A stretch of DNA of 63,929 bases, counting the filler, from Octopus bimaculoides (lineage: Eukaryota), in the NCBI RefSeq assembly GCF_001194135.2. It is 7 parts of 7 records of this genome, joined end to end, with 100 filler letters (N's around TTAATTAATTAA, not from the genome) between each part and the next. Parts side by side here need not be neighbours in the genome. Positions count along the whole stretch, not along the records: positions 21,296 to 47,472 come from NC_068997.1; positions 47,573 to 52,965 come from NW_026429733.1; 5 more parts are not named here. One strand, given 5' to 3'. Positions 37,406 to 49,536 of the stretch are shown in pieces. The first letter of the stretch is position 1; every line of letters starts with the position of its first letter. The notes below the pieces were generated by a model. That model was not told the origin of the DNA and made no database searches. It saw only the letters and a program-made list of their open reading frames with translations. A program made the position numbers and the translations under genes.

Positions 37406-37599
37406 GGCGTAGGAGTGGCTGTGTGGTAAGTAGCTTGCTTACCAACAACATGGTTCTGGGTTCAGTCCCATTGCGTGGCACCTTGGGCAAGTGTCTTCTA
37501 CTATAGCTTTGGGCCGACCAAAGCCTTGTGAGTGGATTTGGTAGACAGAAACTGAAAGAAGCCCGTTGTATATATGTATATATATATATGTGTGTATGN
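37406..37599 (+). mobile_element. CORE-type SINE family 1, 5' half
   Basis: GGCGTAGGAGTGGCTGTGTGGTAAG head; runs into the gap. Confidence 0.92.
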
Positions 37600-38540
37600 N
37601 NNNNNNNNNNNNNNNNNNNNNNNNNNNNNNNNNNNNNNNNNNNNNNNNNNNNNNNNNNNNNNNNNNNNNNNNNNNNNNNNNNNNNNNNNNNNNNNNNNNN
37701 NNNNNNNNNNNNNNNNNNNNNNNNNNNNNNNNNNNNNNNNNNNNNNNNNNNNNNNNNNNNNNNNNNNNNNNNNNNNNNNNNNNNNNNNNNNNNNNNNNNN
37801 NNNNNNNNNNNNNNNNNNNNNNNNNNNNNNNNNNNNNNNNNNNNNNNNNNNNNNNNNNNNNNNNNNNNNNNNNNNNNNNNNNNNNNNNNNNNNNNNNNNN
37901 NNNNNNNNNNNNNNNNNNNNNNNNNNNNNNNNNNNNNNNNNNNNNNNNNNNNNNNNNNNNNNNNNNNNNNNNNNNNNNNNNNNNNNNNNNNNNNNNNNNN
38001 NNNNNNNNNNNNNNNNNNNNNNNNNNNNNNNNNNNNNNNNNNNNNNNNNNNNNNNNNNNNNNNNNNNNNNNNNNNNNNNNNNNNNNNNNNNNNNNNNNNN
38101 NNNNNNNNNNNNNNNNNNNNNNNNNNNNNNNNNNNNNNNNNNNNNNNNNNNNNNNNNNNNNNNNNNNNNNNNNNNNNNNNNNNNNNNNNNNNNNNNNNNN
38201 NNNNNNNNNNNNNNNNNNNNNNNNNNNNNNNNNNNNNNNNNNNNNNNNNNNNNNNNNNNNNNNNNNNNNNNNNNNNNNNNNNNNNNNNNNNNNNNNNNNN
38301 NNNNNNNNNNNNNNNNNNNNNNNNNNNNNNNNNNNNNNNNNNNNNNNNNNNNNNNNNNNNNNNNNNNNNNNNNNNNNNNNNNNNNNNNNNNNNNNNNNNN
38401 NNNNNNNNNNNNNNNNNNNNNNNNNNNNNNNNNNNNNNNNNNNNNNNNNNNNNNNNNNNNNNNNNNNNNNNNNNNNNNNNNNNNNNNNNNNNNNNNNNNN
38501 NNNNNNNNNNNNNNNNNNNNNNNNNNNNNNNNNNNNNNNN

Positions 38541-38737
38541 NATATATATATATATATATATATATACTCACACAATGGACTTCTTTTAGTTTCTATTCAT
38601 CAAATTCAATCACAAAGCTTTGGTTGATTCAATATTAGAGTAGAAGACATTTATCCAAGATGCTGCACACTGGGACTGAACCGAAAACCACATGACTGGG
38701 AAACAAACCTCTTTAACCCTACAGTCATGCCTACACC
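38541..38737 (-). mobile_element. CORE-type SINE family 1, 5' half (decayed)
   Basis: Reverse CORE and head after the gap. Confidence 0.75.
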
Positions 38738-39474
38738 TATGAATAATTCTAATCACACTGACATCGCCCAGTCATTACAATACTCCAGTTTAGAAGTTAG
38801 GAAAGCTTTGACATCCAACAGTAAATGAATAAATGTATTTTTGCTAGTGTGATAATGGCCATACTGATTTTATTTCTCTCTGTCTTTGAATCAAAAGTGG
38901 TTGGTTACATCCTCACAATGCACTTTGATTTATTGGGGTCTGTTGCACTAATCTCAGATAACTATACTATTATTCTCCTATCCACTAACTTTTTTTCTAC
39001 AAAACTATTGTAAATTGTGAGATGTATTACCACAAGCCTTAGAAACATCTGATTAATTGAAATGGTATGATCATGACTCACTTGTCTTTTGGAAAAGGAA
39101 GATCAAAAATTACCTGATATTAGATCTGATGAGATGAAGATTTATCATCAGCACAATCTTCTAGTAATGTAGTGAGAAAGCCAATGAAGTGACACTAATA
39201 GAGTTGCTTGATTCACTAAAAGTAACTACGAAATTTCCTTCAAATCACATCCTGTTTAAAAAAGAACAGGCAGACATCTTTGGATTGTGGTTGAATTAGA
39301 TATACAATGCCCAAGAGGAAAATAGAATGTTGCAATGTGGTGAGCCAACAAGGATGCCGCTATATGTTTCTTGAACTGTAAAAAATAGCAGCTAGATCTT
39401 CAGACTTTGCTCTACTGTTTAAGAAGTTCGGGGTGGACACTACAACAATTTAGTAATGTGAGAGAACTTGTTTT

Positions 39475-40073
39475 GGATCTTTTTTAAAATGGGGGCCACA
39501 TTTTTCATTAATGTTTTACATAGTGTTTTTGGTACCGAAAGACTTTCAAACTTCGTATACTTATCTATTTTGTGTTATAGAACAGAAAAATATTTTTGTA
39601 TTCGAATTTATTTCATGTAAAAAATTGTCTTATTTCGATAATTTCAACCAATCACTGACAAGTATTCCGTTGTTTATATTTACTCCTTTGGCTGATGAAG
39701 CCATAGCTTCGTTTTATTTGCTTTTTTCATTTTAAATTTGCTTTTTTCATTTTCTTTTTTTTTTTCTTCGTTTTATTTGCTTTTTTCTTTTTAAATTTGC
39801 TGTTTTACCCTAACCCTAACCCTATCACCGATAGAATTGTTTCAGAATCGTTTGTTTATGTAGTCGGCACTTAATGTATATCGGCTGAATGGACGTCAGT
39901 GATTGGTTGAAATTACAGAAATACGACAACTTTAACATGGAATAACTTAGGGATTTCTTTTTTTTTAAGAAGACTAAGAGAAAAAGATGTTTTATATGAC
40001 ACATTCTACCAGTGTTCCAAGTTTCAAAGTGTTTCGTTAATGAAAAATGTGGCCCCCATTTTAAAAAAGATCC
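39475..40073. mobile_element. 599-bp non-autonomous DNA transposon, Merlin-like (GG termini, 8-bp TSD)
   Basis: Perfect 37-bp TIR GGATCTTTTTTAAAATGGGGGCCACATTTTTCATTAA; TSD CTTGTTTT at 39467-39474 and 40074-40081. The superfamily is inferred from the 5'-GG ends plus the 8-bp TSD. Confidence 0.88.
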
Positions 40074-40201
40074 CTTGTTTTATTTGCTAAGTCAGCAACC
40101 ACTACAGTTTGTAAAGTAGTGAGAATTATATTAACACTTTTGATACCAATACACCTAAAGAGTACACTTTGGTTCTTTGATACAAAATTTAGCAGTTTTA
40201 A

Positions 40202-40421
40202 CCGTTTAGCTTTCAAATTACTTTGTTAAATGTAATGCTTATTTATTTACATCATTTAAAATAAATCATGTATTATCTTGTAGCTTTGAGATGTAAATGA
40301 TATGTTTATTTATTTTTAAAATAACATTGTAGGGTAGGTCTGAGAAGTCAGATCTGACCAGTTTGAACTTAAAACAGGTAGAATATTTGGGCCTGATATG
40401 GCAGGATTAAATACTAAAGGG
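40202..40421. mobile_element. TTAA/piggyBac-type MITE
   Basis: TTAA|CCGTTTAG ... CTAAAGGG|TGAA; same orientation as the 32130 copy. Confidence 0.8.
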
Positions 40422-40777
40422 TGAATGTGTTTGTATTTAAATAAAGACCTTCCACAAGAATTCTACATAGGAACATTTTGTTAAGTTATGTTGTGCACAC
40501 CAGGTTAATAATGGTTTCTGATTTAGGAACAAGTCCAATACTTTTAAGGGGAGATGTTAGTTGATACCACTGACCCCAGTACTTGACTGGTACTTTATTT
40601 TATCAACCCCCAGAGAAATGAATGGCAAAGTTGTCCTCAATAGATTTGAACTCCTTCTTCACCTCCTTGCTTCCACTACCGTCATAAGTAATTTTTCCTG
40701 GTGCTATAATGAATCCCAACCTATAAACACCAAACTGATAATAGAAATGTAAAATTATTTGATTAAATCCTTCTAAA

Positions 40778-41500
40778 TTCTTTGGTCATATTCTCTTCTA
40801 TTGGTAGTTTTACTCAGAGGAGATGTTTGTGAAGTGTTGTATTACTCTTGAATACTATCCTTATGTAGACTGTGTGTACTCCATCCCATGCAGCTGTGGT
40901 AGATTATACAAAGGCAAAACATTTCACCTCCTCAAAATAAAGGTAGAGGAACATTGTAAAGCTGTGACATGAGGGGATATTGAAAAATCTGGTATAGCTG
41001 ATCATGTATGGGAAAACAGAGACCACCTCCCCCTGTGAGATGAAGTTAAAATAATAGACAGAGAACACCACTGGAAAATACGAAAACTAAAAGAGGCAGC
41101 ACATATGCTAGGACACAATAACCTCCTAAGCAGACCTAGTGCAGATATGAATAGAATATGGGAACTGGTATTAGGAAAGATACAAAAATATTAAGTTTAT
41201 AAGCCTTGAAATTCACTCCATAATTGCCCATGGGCATATAGTGTAGCAGTTAAGAGCACAGGCTACTAAAGTCAAAATCCCAGTCAGTAACTTGAATAAA
41301 TAATAACATCAGCAAAAAAAAAAAACCTTAGGAATGAGAACAGAGTACCCTATTAGTCAAATAAAGGGCTGGGTTCAAAATTCCACTAGGACACCTGATG
41401 AAGGCTGGAGAGTACATCAGCTGAAACATTGTGGTAACAACAAACAATGTGAGGACACACCTATCTATCCATTGTAAATAATGTACATAAATCCTCATCT
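40778..41500 (+). mobile_element. Penelope-like element 3' fragment: GIY-YIG endonuclease (40871-41194), inverted 5' piece (40778-40868), terminal repeat region
   Basis: Plus frame CVYSIPCSCGRLYKGKT..KVEEH..SGIADHVWE..WKIRKLKEAAHML..KY* with two internal stops. The preceding peptide VFKSNTTLHKHLL*VKLPIEENMTK is on the minus strand. Confidence 0.9.
41389..41435 (+). ncRNA. Decayed minimal type I hammerhead ribozyme of the Penelope terminus
   Basis: CAC-CTGATGA-A-GGCTGG/TCAGCT (stem II)-GAAA-CAT-T-GTG. CAC/GTG forms stem I; ACAT is one transition from the palindromic ACGT stem III typical of Penelope hammerheads. Confidence 0.6.
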
Positions 41501-44417
41501 CTAAAGTATAATTTAATTATTTTCTGAAATGGTAACCACATTGTGCTGAAGTCTGTGTTGAGGACTTAACTGATTGGGTTTTCAGTCAGTGGTAAATGTA
41601 CTAATTCTTCCACTGACTTGGATTTCCACTGGTTCTTTATCTATTCTAAATCTTCCCTTTCAAAGTGATATGTAATTTTCTTCCTAGCATTATTAATGCA
41701 TGTTCTGTTAGTCTTGACTTAGCTATTACTCACTTAACCATTTCGTTTCTATAATTCACTGCCTATGTATTTTTGAAAAATATACAAGAATTTGAAGAGA
41801 TTTTAGTGAAATAAATTGTTTTTCTTTATTAAGTTGATATTTGAGGCAAAACCTTTCATTTTATATCACATTCTGTGAACAACAGCTTCCTTATTTACAG
41901 TTTTCAATGGACCAACCAGTGGCTCACTTCATTTGAGAATAACTTTCATTCCATCATTTCAAGAAGACTCCCAACAATGTCATGTGGACTATCTTTTTTT
42001 GACTAAGACATTAAAAATTATTTTTTGAAGTATAATTTCTCCTGTATAAAACTATAACACATGCCAAAACAGACCTCGCTGGTGCCACGTAAAAAGCACC
42101 CATTCGACTTTGTAAAGTGGTTGGCATTAGGAAGGGTGTCCAAACATAAAAACCATGCTAAAACAGACAGTGAGGCTTGGTGCAGTCCTTTGGCTTGCCA
42201 ACGGCTGTCAAACTGTCCAACCCATGCCAGCATGGAAGATAAATGTTAGATAGTGATGACAATGACGATGACAATGACAGTGACAACAATATTGTAAATC
42301 CTTAATTCCTTAAACAATCATAACAATGGGTGAGGAGAAAATTCACAAAATGTAGTGTTACTTCCAAGCAGTGTTCTGGTGTGTCCAGGAGTGTGGTTCT
42401 TTGTATTTTCTCTTTCTGTGAGGATTAACTACAGTGAATTTTAGCTTTTGTCTTTTCTACATATTCACAATGGATGGATTCAGATGGATGGCTGTTCACT
42501 AAGAATGTGTTCATCAAACAACAGATTTATCATTTGTAAGTTATTTTACTGATGTAGATGGTCTGTTATTCAATGTCAGAGGTATTCAGTGATGCTTTTT
42601 TTTGAAGGATCATTATAGAAGAGCCTAGTGTGGTTGATGAAGCTTATTGAATATATTATAGTTTGGGAATGGGGTTTATTCTTTGTCTAATGTAGATGAC
42701 AAAGCTTTCTGTTGAGTCTAGTACAGTTGGTGAAGCTAGTTGTTGAGGTAAGTGCAAATTATAGTAGGTTTTAATAGATAACTGTTCAGATACAGCTGGA
42801 GTATGGAACAATCAAATTTCAAGTCAACAAGAGAGTGTCTACAAAATCACATAACCTGCTAAAAATAGCATTCAAATCTCCCTCATATGAGACCCTTAAA
42901 ATAGGAAGGGCCAGATTTGATTATGTAAGTCCCAGATACACTATGTGATGAACTAGCGTTGTAGACAGTAGATTGGCAAAAGCATTTAGAGTATCAGATG
43001 AAATGCTTGACACTATTCCAGCTCTTTGAGATCTAAGTTCAAATCTCACTGAGGTTGACTTTACTTTTCATCCTTCCCGGGTCAATAAAATACTAGTCTA
43101 GAGCAGTGGAACAGCAGACAAGATGCCTTGCAGTATTTGCTCTGTTTTTTTTTGCATTATGGGTTCAAATCCTACCCTGACCTACTTGTGTGATAGACTT
43201 CATCTGTCACCTGGTTTAAAACCATTACCTGGTGGTAAGCATCTGTACCAAGCTTCCAATCTAGGGATAACTTTCCTTTCCCCTCCCCTCCCATGTTGTG
43301 GAGGCCATAAAAAGGGGTGATGGACACTGCCCTTTCTTCTGACTAAGTGAATAAAAAGATGTCTGGAAAAAGAAGCATGGTGGAACACTTTATGACATAT
43401 CTCTTGGATTACTGATGACCTGGGACTAAATAACAACTAAAACAACACAATCAAAATGTTTTGCAGAAGATAGAAACATGAAAAATGATATTAACAGTCT
43501 GTAAATTTTAAATCACTTTAGCAATAACTCATCTAAAAGATTTAGATGTTTACAAAGAATTTTAACAACATGCTATTTGCTGTCTCACAAATGGTTTTAG
43601 AGTATATTATTTCAGCAGTCTCACATTTCTATATTTAGAGCTATTATTAACATTTTTACATTACTCTTGTCTATTTCACCATTTTCTGCACAATTTAAAT
43701 ACATGATAGAAGTGTCACTTAAAAAATATAGTATTTATTGCAATAAACAACATCAATGTTTCACTTTTACACCTAGCTAACATAACCTGCTGTAGTTTTC
43801 ATCACATTGCAGATGATGATGGAGATAAAATTTAACTCTATTGTAATTAGTTATTGTAATTAAATGATATAGGATAACATAACATTCCCAGTAAATTTTC
43901 TTTCTGCGTCATTTCTTATTATTCATATTACATGTAAGAAGCATATATTCTCCCACATCAACCATAAAATGACATATCATAATAACTAATATATCATTGT
44001 GATTAACAGTTTATATATTTATTATTTTTATTCATTTATTTTTTTCTCTCGTCATGGACATGTAGTTAAGAGATTTGTTTTGCAATTACAAGAGATTTGC
44101 TTTGGTTTGATCTCACAGTGCAGCACTTTGAGAAAATGTATTTCAAGTAGATTAAAAGCCTTGTAAAGAAAAATGGGTTGATAAAAACTGTGCAGAATCC
44201 TTGACGAGGATAACATGCTTTAGTATTACAGATCTCATAATACCTATTAATCCATACATTTACAATCTATACAATACTTGTTAATCCATACACCTGTTAA
44301 TACATAACAGGTATTAATCAATACCTGTTAATCTGTACATACTTATTACACAGTATACACTAGGCATTATTTAAAACAGCTGTAGGATAAGAGTTGATTA
44401 CACTTTTTTTTTAATTA

Positions 44418-44768
44418 TAGATACTTTCCAGTGGTTATTGTTCCTGCTCATTAGTGACATACGAAGATGACTTTATCAGTTAATCTACTTGTTATTCCAC
44501 TGCACCTCTTATGTGTCCATAGCTTACACTAGGTACAGAAAATGGAATCATTTCCAACACTTTTCCTACATAATGAACTGGGCCATTTACCTGACAGGAA
44601 GAGAGGAGTCTTATCTTCTTTCTTGCTAACAACAACTTTGGTCTACACGGTTAACTTTAAGGCCCTTTTCTTCGCCAATTGTGCTACAGATTCTGTAATA
44701 TGAGTGAGGTCATAGAGTAGTTCCCATGGGCATCCAGTTTTGAATTCTTCTGTTATGGCCTGGAGAAC
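44418..44768 (-). mobile_element. RTE-clade LINE fragment (RT core to Cys/His-rich domain), decayed
   Basis: VLQAITEEFKTGCPWELLY--DL (YADD partly deleted), LKVN..TKV, GKWPSSLCRKSVGNDSIFCT*CKLWTHKRCSGI. Confidence 0.88.
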
Positions 44769-44771
44769 TTT

Positions 44772-45106
44772 TAAATGAAATGAGGAAAGCTTTAAACAGT
44801 GCAGAGATGAAAGTTGAAAAGCTTTTATTTATTTCAGGTGCAAAGACCCACCTTCAGAAGAGTACAGTCTAAGGAATGTGTCTCTACTTAGATCCTACCA
44901 TTTGGATGGCCACACGAGCAGTAGCTGGTAGCACAAGCACCAGACTAAAACACGGTCACTGCCCATCTGGCTAACCAAATTGCAGGATCTATGTAAATAC
45001 ACATTTCTTTGACTACTCCTCTGAAGATGGGCCTTTGCATCCAAAATATATGAAGGTTTTTCAGCTTCCATCTCTACATTGTTAGAAGCTTTCTTCATTT
45101 CATTTA
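44772..45106. repeat. 335-bp foldback (long inverted repeat), possibly an old TA-flanked MITE
   Basis: Arms 44772-44905 and 44975-45106 align with 24 mismatches and one 2-nt gap (about 81%, counted by hand). The spacer also self-pairs. Confidence 0.9.
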
Positions 45107-45488
45107 TTATCACACACACACACACACACAAAGAAAAAAAGAAAGAAAGAATCAGCCATCATCCATGAGCCAAGTATGGCTTGGTAATATGTAGCATTCT
45201 TTCACTAATTATTTTAGGTGCTTATGTACTCACGAACAGACATAGACAACCTCTCCAATCTCCCATTCTTTGATCCAGTGACACATCCAGGACGTGATAG
45301 CCAAGGTGGGAGAGAAAGCTGCACTTGGCTGGTACACATTTTCAGCTAAACAGATTGGACCAGCATGGAATGCAGTGCCTTGCTTAAGGGTACAATGTTC
45401 CACCTGGTCATGAGCTGAACACTCTAACCACTAAGCTACATACTTCACCACAATTTTGATTTTATATGTGTGTGTGTGTGTGTGTATG

Positions 45489-45546
<58 letters not shown>

Positions 45547-45999
45547 TACACAGATGAGGTGGTGAAGCATGGTTCAGATTATTAGATAGAACGTAGACAT
45601 AATGTGAGGAAGAAGAAAACAAAGTATGTTGCACATTTCAGTAAAAGGCCGAGTGGTGATGTTTGTTGTTGTTTAACCCCTAGTTCTCAAAATGCATTGG
45701 TGTGGGTGCTGGTGTCGCATAAAAAGCACCCAGTGGAGTCGTTAGCATTAAGAGGGGGCATCCAACCATAGAAACCAAGCCAAAAGGGACTTTGGGACCT
45801 GGTGCAGCCACTGGCCTTGCCAGTTCATGTCAAACCATCCAACCAATGCCAGTATGGAAAATGGACATTAAAAGTTGTTGTTGTTGATGATGATGATTAT
45901 GAAAATGATCAATAACATTTTTATCATGATCATCTTTCCCTCTATTTAGGTATAATAAACCTAAGACTAAAATAGCCAGTGTGTGCTTTCATTTATTTT

Positions 46000-46379
46000 T
46001 AGTCTTTTACTTGTTTCAGTCATTTGACTGTGGCCATGCTGGAGCACCGCCTTTAGTCGAACAAATCAACCCCAGGACTTATTCTTTGTAAGCCTAGTAC
46101 TTATTCTGTCGGTCTCTTATGCCAAATCGCTAAGTTACGGGGACCCAAACACACCAGCATCGGTTGTCAAGTGATGTTGGGGGGACAAACATACATACAC
46201 ATATACATACATATATACATATATACGACGGGCCTCTTTCAGTTTCCGTCTACCAAATCCACTCACAAGGCTTTGGTTGGTCCGAGGCTATAGTAGAAGA
46301 CACTTGCCCAAGGTGCCACACAGTGGGACTGAACCCAGAACTATGTGGTTGGTAAGCAAGCTACTTACCACACAGCCAT
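46000..46379 (-). mobile_element. CORE-type SINE family 1 (young)
   Basis: Near-consensus reverse copy. Confidence 0.93.
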
Positions 46380-47207
46380 TCTTTTCAAAACTGTAAGTTG
46401 TGATATTTCTAGCAACTTGGATAGGGGCCCCTTTTTGGTTAATCTAGGTTGGGATGAACCATAGAGAGAGAAATAAGCAGAATAAGGAACAGAGAGAGAG
46501 GGGGTGGGGGAGATACACCCACCTTCAAGGAGCAGCAAGTGGATTTAGTGAAGGCTAGCATAAAGTCATGTTCAGTCAAGCAGATATTAGTCCTAATGGT
46601 AGTAATAATAGTAGCAGTGGTAGTGGTGGTGGTGTTAGTAGTAGTAATGGTGGTGGCTGCAAGAAAATACTAAGCTCAATGGCATGTCAAAGGTTGCAGG
46701 GTATTGCTTTTAATATGTATGGGCTTTACTCAAGGAGATGGCTTGTTCTTAGCCACCCCCAACCCACCACCACCACCACCAAAGAAAAAAACACACATTG
46801 AAATGCACTTGCTCCCTTTCTGCCCTTCCTCCTCCACGTCCTCACTTAATGTCATTATGAGAGAGGAGGAGGAGGAGGAGTTAACCAAAGATCTTCCCAG
46901 ATCTTTTGTCTGACAGAAATGATGTTTTCTTCATCAGTTGAATTTGCTACAAGTTGTCATGGTGAGTGCTATAGCATAACTTTACCAGCCACCCCCAGCT
47001 GACTACACCCCCACCCTAGACCCCATCCCATTTACACACATACACACACGCACACACACATACACACAAACACACACACACACAACACACAAACATATAC
47101 ATGTATGTATTTATTTTCTGTTTGCCTTTGAACAATTTTATGGGAAAATAATTCAAAACTTGAAACATAGGCAAAAGTAAGGGTGGCTGTGATTGTGTTG
47201 TTATTGC

Positions 47208-47224
47208 TAGCAGCAGCAGCAGCT

Positions 47225-47278
<54 letters not shown>

Positions 47279-47286
47279 ATGGTAGT
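47208..47286. repeat. (CAG)n-(TAG)n microsatellite
   Basis: Seen directly. Confidence 0.95.
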
Positions 47287-47569
47287 AAAAGAAGCATAGG
47301 TGGTGGTGGTATTTATATCTTTCTTTACATTGCATTTGATGAACAATCATCATTGGTTTATCGCTTCTCTGACTGCAACAGTGAATAGCGATTGCAGAAC
47401 AAATATCATAAGGGGATGTTGATCAAAAAGCACATTTTAATAAAGGTTGGATGGTTATTGTTTGGATGATTGNNNNNNNNNNNNNNNNNNNNNNNNNNNN
47501 NNNNNNNNNNNNNNNNTTAATTAATTAANNNNNNNNNNNNNNNNNNNNNNNNNNNNNNNNNNNNNNNNN

Positions 47570-47572
47570 NNN

Positions 47573-47606
<34 letters not shown>

Positions 47607-47919
47607 GTAGATAGAGATATGCATATGTATGTATGTATGTATGTATGTATGCATGTATATACCAATCAGTGTGCGTGTTCGTGCGAGTATTTATGACATG
47701 TGTATGCATATATTATATATCTATATATATACATATATATATATGTATATACACACACACACACACTTATTAATATACACACATATACATTATTGAAGTA
47801 TAACATTGTATCTACATGACAAGTCATATCATGTATGTGTGTGTGTGTTTGAGTGTCATAGAAAGAGAGAGAGAGAGAGAGAGAGGGAGGGAGAGAGAGA
47901 GAGAGAGAGNNNNNNNNNN

Positions 47920-47963
<44 letters not shown>

Positions 47964-48073
47964 AGGGTATGTGTGGGTATGCTGCATACAGGATAGGTTT
48001 CACTTACAGAATGTGATAAAGTTTATAAGTGTATGATAAAATATTTTCCCATACATATACATACATACATACA

Positions 48074-48111
<38 letters not shown>

Positions 48112-48344
48112 CGTATATATATATATANNNNNNNNNNNNNNNNNNNNNNNNNNNNNNNNNNNNNNNNNNNNNNNNNNNNNNNNNNNNNNNNNNNNNNNNN
48201 NNNNNNNNNNNNNNNNNNNNNNNNNNNNNNNNNNNNNNNNNNNNNNNNNNNNNNNNNNNNNNNNNNNNNNNNNNNNNNNNNNNNNNNNNNNNNNNNNNNN
48301 NNNNNNNNNNNNNNNNNNNNNNNNNNNNNNNNNNNNNNNNNNNN

Positions 48345-48385
<41 letters not shown>

Positions 48386-48501
48386 GCACACGTACACTTA
48401 CGGGTGTACAGCGTTCGATTCACTATATGTCAATATGTTCGTGTTTTTGCACCTGTATGTTGCGTTCATATATAGATATGTGTATGTGTGTGTGAGTGCC
48501 G

Positions 48502-48540
<39 letters not shown>

Positions 48541-48798
48541 TGTGTCTGTGCGCGAGTGTGTAAGCGTGAGCCTGTATGTATAATATGTTAACCACCAAAT
48601 ATGCCCGGACTTATCATAAGTTGACAGCGAAAGTAAACATTCGTTAAACACATATACATATGTTTAAAATACTTAAATGCAATATGTAAATAAAAGATTA
48701 TATATATATATATCTTATATATATATATATATATATATGTATCTTATATATATATATATACATACATCTTATATATGTATATACACATACATATATAG

Positions 48799-48830
<32 letters not shown>

Positions 48831-49089
48831 ATACATATATATATACATGTACATATATACATATATATGTATATACATGCATACATACGCATATATATGT
48901 GCGTGTCTGTGTGTGTGTGTACGTATGTATGTATATATATATATATATACATATGGATGTACATATATACACATGGGGCAATACATATATAAATATATAT
49001 ATTATATACATTCTTATGTGTATACAAATTTATATACGTCATGTGCATATATATATATACATACATNNNNNNNNNNTATATATATATAT

Positions 49090-49161
<72 letters not shown>

Positions 49162-49505
49162 GTGTGTGTGTACTCAGTTACACACACACACACTTGCGTG
49201 TGTGTGACGATGTGAGCGTGTGGAGGTGCATTTTCACATCTATGAATATACGTGTATCTATCTATCTATCTATCTCTCTCTCTCTCTATATATATATATA
49301 TACACAAATATACAATTATCTTTAAACATGATAGATTAGTAATTATCTGCGTATGCAGTACTTTTATATCACTATATACACAAATACAAACGCTATTATA
49401 TTTTCCCTCTCTAAATATATATTTATATACATATGCGCATATATGAATGTCTGTACATATATATATATATATATACATACATACACATATGTGTGAGTGT
49501 TGTTC

Positions 49506-49536
<31 letters not shown>

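Noticed and set aside
42350-42760. Possible very decayed Penelope GIY-YIG on the minus strand (HILSEQPS-like)
   Set aside because: Too many stops and frameshifts to support a call without alignment.
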